DNA of 29,767 bases. It comes from a virus (Duplodnaviria > Heunggongvirae > Uroviricota > Caudoviricetes). The stretch is from the IMG/VR virus record IMGVR_UViG_2917855067_000004; one strand, written 5' to 3'. The notes below the pieces were generated by a model. That model saw only the letters and a list, made by a program, of their open reading frames with translations, was not told the origin of the DNA and did no database searches. This document shows positions 26,732 to 29,767 of this stretch, piece after piece (positions within the stretch are counted from its first letter, which is position 1; every line of letters starts with the position of its first letter). A program made the position numbers and the translations under genes.

Positions 26732-26844
26732 ATCGCATTATCTCCTGTTGTTTGAAATGTTGTGCAGTGGTGTGCATCTTGGTCGATGAACACCAATATA
26801 GATCGCTAAATTTTTGTTGTAAACAAAATTCTTGTTGGTGCTAT

Positions 26845-27690
26845 ATGTCTAAAAATGATGTCAATGCGTCTGCCGCTTTAGAGCGAGTCCTTTCTGCATA
26901 CGGTTTTAAGCAGCAAAAAGAACTAGCTGAAAGGCTTGGTATTCATGCGAACAACGTAAGTAGTTGGCTTGCAAGAAACGTGATCCCAAGCAACGTTTTC
27001 GTTGAGTGCGCTCTTGATACAGGGGCTGACCTGCGATGGCTTGTTAATGGTGAACTTGCAAATACAAAATATGACGAGAGGCAAGTAAATCTCAAAGGTA
27101 AGCAACTCTATGATGAAATCATGGCTAATGGAGGAAGGGCGGTTCTGCGTCGTATTCTCGATGCGTATGGTTTTACTATGCAAAAAGAGTTGGGAGATTT
27201 ATTAGGCATATCCTCTGGTACTATAAGCACTTGGGTCAGACGCGATTTTTTCCCTGGTGATGTGGTTGTAACCTGCGCCCTCGATACAGGCGTATCGTTA
27301 GAATGGTTATCTACGGGAAAAGGCCAGATGCGTAACAGCAAGGATGGTGAGTCAGCTAATTCTTTAACGATTAGAAAATGCCGCCTTGAGGCAGGTGAAC
27401 TCAAGGATATCGGGCGTTGGACTCCTGATGTCTCTATGGTTCCGGCAAACACTGATGATTTAGTCTTTATTGATGGCGTGAGTGCATCTTGGCTTGTTGA
27501 TTGTTCTAACTCAAAGATAGGAAATGGTCGTTGGCTTATTGGTATTGATGGTGCGCTCGATATTTTTGACGTAATCAGATTGCCCGGAGGAAAGGTCAGG
27601 CTATCAAATAAGTCTGTTGAGTTTGAATGTAATCTTTCTGATATCACACCATCAGGTGCCGTTTTCTTTACTTTGGAAAAGCATGTTTAA
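26845..27690 (+). CDS. cI: CI immunity repressor (186 type) with tandemly duplicated N-terminal DNA-binding domain
   Basis: Start placed at ATG 26845 (MSKNDV...); two homologous ~65-aa segments (...LSAYGFKQQKELAERLGI...CALDTGADLRWLVNGE and ...LDAYGFTMQKELGDLLGI...CALDTGVSLEWLSTGKG) followed by a ~125-aa C-terminal domain. Confidence 0.75.
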   Translation: MSKNDVNASAALERVLSAYGFKQQKELAERLGIHANNVSSWLARNVIPSNVFVECALDTGADLRWLVNGELANTKYDERQVNLKGKQLYDEIMANGGRAVLRRILDAYGFTMQKELGDLLGISSGTISTWVRRDFFPGDVVVTCALDTGVSLEWLSTGKGQMRNSKDGESANSLTIRKCRLEAGELKDIGRWTPDVSMVPANTDDLVFIDGVSASWLVDCSNSKIGNGRWLIGIDGALDIFDVIRLPGGKVRLSNKSVEFECNLSDITPSGAVFFTLEKHV

Positions 27691-27699
27691 GGGGCAGTA

Positions 27700-27963
27700 A
27701 TGAAAAAGTTTTTATTTGGAATGGTCTGTATTGCACTTTCTTCCTCAACATTTGCTGCTGAAAAGTTCAAAGAGATTGATAGTAAATCTTTTGGTGGTAA
27801 ATGGCCGCTAACCTTTGAGCATGCAAAGGTATCTTGTGTAAATCGTCACTACGTTTTTGTTTATGATATTGATACTGATGAACGATATCCCCTAAGCGGT
27901 ATGGCTAAAAAACGCCGTCAAATCAGGAAAAATGGAAGGGCGAGATTTAAAAGAAGTGCTTAA
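27700..27963 (+). CDS. Small secreted protein (signal peptide; tentative YebY/DUF2511-like), between cI and int
   Basis: AAGGGG Shine-Dalgarno 5 nt before the ATG; MKKFLFGMVCIALSSSTFA signal peptide; mature part ...GGKWPLTFEHAKVSCVNRHYVFVYDIDTDERYPLSGMA... and a basic tail; AT-rich. Confidence 0.6.
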   Translation: MKKFLFGMVCIALSSSTFAAEKFKEIDSKSFGGKWPLTFEHAKVSCVNRHYVFVYDIDTDERYPLSGMAKKRRQIRKNGRARFKRSA

Positions 27964-28063
27964 AAAAAGACCCTGACGATCCATTAGAAAGCGCTGATAT
28001 AGGCCCGGTTTTCAGTGAAGCTATAGCGCTGTGTGAATAATATTTTTTTGTCTCGGTGTAGCT

Positions 28064-29113
28064 ATGACAGTAAGTAAGCAAAAAAATGGTAAATGGTTAT
28101 GCGAGCTTTATCCAAATGGCCGGGAAGGACGGCGTATACGTCGTCAATTTAATACCAAAGGTGAGGCCGAGGCATTCGAATCATTTACCAAAAGCGAGAG
28201 TGAATATAAGCCGTGGCTCGGCAAGAAAGAAGACCGCCGACGCTTAAGTGAGATTATCCAGCTTTGGAACAATTTGCACGGTCAGGCGTTAGTCGCCAGT
28301 AAGTCGCGGTTGGCAAAGCTTCAAATCGTGTGTAATGGTTTAGGTGACCCTATCGCATCCCGCCTTACTGCTAAAGATTGGGCTCACTATCGTGATAAAC
28401 GGCTTCGTGGTGAAATAGATAATGGATATCACAAAGACCCTGCAAAATGGATCGCCAAACCGATAACCGTCAACCGTGAGCAGCAGTATTTAGAAGCTGT
28501 TTTCAATGAGCTAAAGCGGCTAGGGGAATGGACCCAACCTAACCCGCTTGATGGTATTCGTATATTTAAAGAAGCTGAGAAGGAAATGTCATGGCTGACG
28601 CTTGAACAAATCCCGCAGCTTTTATCGGCATGTCATCAGTATGGACATGAAGACCTTACGCAGATTGTCGAGGTTTGTTTGGCGACTGGTGCCCGATGGG
28701 GTGAGGCCGAACGAATAACCCGTCCTCAACTTTCGCCCTACAAACTTACTTTCACAAAAACTAAAGGCAAAAAAAATCGCACAGTCCCGATCCCAAAATG
28801 GCTTTACGAAAAGTTATCTACGCGTCAGGGGCGAATGTTTAAGCCTTGCTATCAGGAGTTCAAAAAAATGCTTTTGCTTACTGATATCGAGCTGACTGAA
28901 GGGCAGAAAACGCACGTTTTACGTCACACCTTTGGTGCGCATTTTATGATGAATGGCGGCAATATCCTTGTACTCCAGAAGATACTCGGTCACGCAAATA
29001 TTCGTGAAACAATGAAGTATGCGCACTTTGCTCCTGACCATCTTGAACAAGCTGTCACCTTAAATCCGTTGTCACTGTGTATTGGCGACAACGTGGCGGC
29101 AGAGGTTGCGTAA
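28064..29113 (+). CDS. int: Tyrosine integrase (P2 family)
   Basis: 349 aa; C-terminal catalytic region ...HVLRHTFGAHFMMNGGNILVLQKILGHANIRETMKYAHF (R/H-x-x-R...Y); adjacent to attR. Confidence 0.93.
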   Translation: MTVSKQKNGKWLCELYPNGREGRRIRRQFNTKGEAEAFESFTKSESEYKPWLGKKEDRRRLSEIIQLWNNLHGQALVASKSRLAKLQIVCNGLGDPIASRLTAKDWAHYRDKRLRGEIDNGYHKDPAKWIAKPITVNREQQYLEAVFNELKRLGEWTQPNPLDGIRIFKEAEKEMSWLTLEQIPQLLSACHQYGHEDLTQIVEVCLATGARWGEAERITRPQLSPYKLTFTKTKGKKNRTVPIPKWLYEKLSTRQGRMFKPCYQEFKKMLLLTDIELTEGQKTHVLRHTFGAHFMMNGGNILVLQKILGHANIRETMKYAHFAPDHLEQAVTLNPLSLCIGDNVAAEVA

Positions 29114-29194
29114 CGCTGCAATTCACTGCATTAAAAATTGCATTAACTAATTGTTTTATATGGTAAGTGTTTGTTTGTTATGGGGTGTTAATAG

Positions 29195-29207
29195 GAGCGT
29201 CTTAACT
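29195..29207. other. attR core (13-nt identity with attL)
   Basis: GAGCGTCTTAACT followed by AAG, which would restore a native ...AAC TAA rplS ending in the uninterrupted host site. Confidence 0.55.
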
Positions 29208-29239
29208 AAGATTTCGCTTAAGCGACATCCTGTTAAGAA

Positions 29240-29268
29240 GGGCTGGCCAATTGGCTGGCCCTTTTTTT
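29240..29268. terminator. Host bidirectional intrinsic terminator between rplS (native position) and yfiB
   Basis: GGGCTGGCC-AATT-GGCCAGCCC perfect stem followed by T7 on the plus strand. Confidence 0.6.
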
Positions 29269-29285
29269 ATTTATTGAAATTGCGT

Positions 29286-29767
29286 TTACGGTGCACTAAT
29301 CACCACAGCGACGCGGCGGTTCTCGGCGCGACCCTGTGCGGTCTTGTTACTGGCGATGGGGTATTTTTTCCCTAAGCCTGAGTGGTGAGATTGCTGCGAG
29401 GAATTTGTCCACCTTCTGCCCACGCATCGGCGACGACATTTGCCCGCTTCAGCGATAAAGCTTCGTTGTAACTGTCTTCGCCGTAATTGTCGGTATGTCC
29501 ATCCATACGGGCATGGGTTAAGCCCGTGGAGGTCAGTTTTGCGGCCATGGTCTGGATCTGTTGCTGACTTTCCGGGAGCAGTTTGTAGTCATTTTTAGCA
29601 AACAGAATGGTATCAGATAAGCCCAGCGACCAGTCGCCAGCGGATTCAGTAAAACCATAAGACTGCATAGCGGCGACTTGTTCTGGAGTAAACTTCCCTT
29701 GTGGTGACTGGCAGCCAGTCAGTATCAGTGAAGAGAACACCAGGGGAACTACCAGTTGCTTTATCAT
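29286..29767 (-). pseudogene. yfiB: OmpA-family lipoprotein YfiB, disrupted by a 1-nt deletion (or homopolymer sequencing error) near 29376-29378
   Basis: ORF 29372-29767 gives MIKQLVVPLVFSSLILTGCQSPQGKF...SNLTTQA then stop; shifting one base continues GLGKKYPIASNKTAQGRAENRRVAVVISAP to a TAA at 29286-29288, matching the expected OmpA-like C-terminus. Confidence 0.75.

Noticed and set aside
26686-26844. The N-terminal extension of the 334-aa cI ORF
   Set aside because: The extension is Cys-rich and overlaps the divergent apl start and the switch region; ATG 26845 gives a repressor starting just before the first HTH repeat.
254-29268. The att core lying inside the two similar terminator hairpins (254-281 and 29240-29268)
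   Set aside because: The two hairpins are similar in form but not identical in sequence; the only exact shared stretch is the 13-mer at the rplS 3' end, and the rest of yfiB plus the right hairpin read as host DNA.

Overview
The window is a host rplS 3' end (1-213), then an apparently complete ~29-kb P2-family prophage of the 186 type (about 199-29207), then a host terminator and a frame-disrupted yfiB (29286-29767). The prophage is integrated at the last codons of rplS: a 13-nt sequence is identical at 199-211 and 29195-29207. Gene order on the minus strand is ogr, D, U, T, E/E', FII, FI, G, H, I, J, W, V, S, R, lysC/lysB, K, Y, X, L, M, N, O; then P and Q on the plus strand; then cos (20026-44); then an accessory region; then replication gene A, early genes, cII, apl, cI, a small secreted protein and int. 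All identifications come from reading the six-frame translations and motifs against remembered protein families; no database search was run, so family names are recollection-based and start codons are approximate. The ORF track uses GTG/TTG starts, and several starts were moved to ATG codons with a Shine-Dalgarno sequence. The most unusual content is the AT-richer accessory region between cos and A (20.05-22.0 kb), the position where P2-family phages carry variable defence cargo such as old/tin. It holds a LexA-box-controlled Tum/DinI-like module split by an in-frame TAG, two homologous structured ~55-nt elements with compensatory stem changes, a frame-disrupted gene, and a two-gene module (63-aa protein plus 33-aa single-TM peptide with its own terminator). 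Other points of interest are a CI repressor with a tandemly duplicated DNA-binding domain, an AT-rich island at 24.3-24.9 kb with convergent overlapping ORFs, a secreted-protein moron in the cI-int operon, and a phage-borne terminator that replaces the native rplS terminator. No CRISPR array, rRNA or tRNA was seen.
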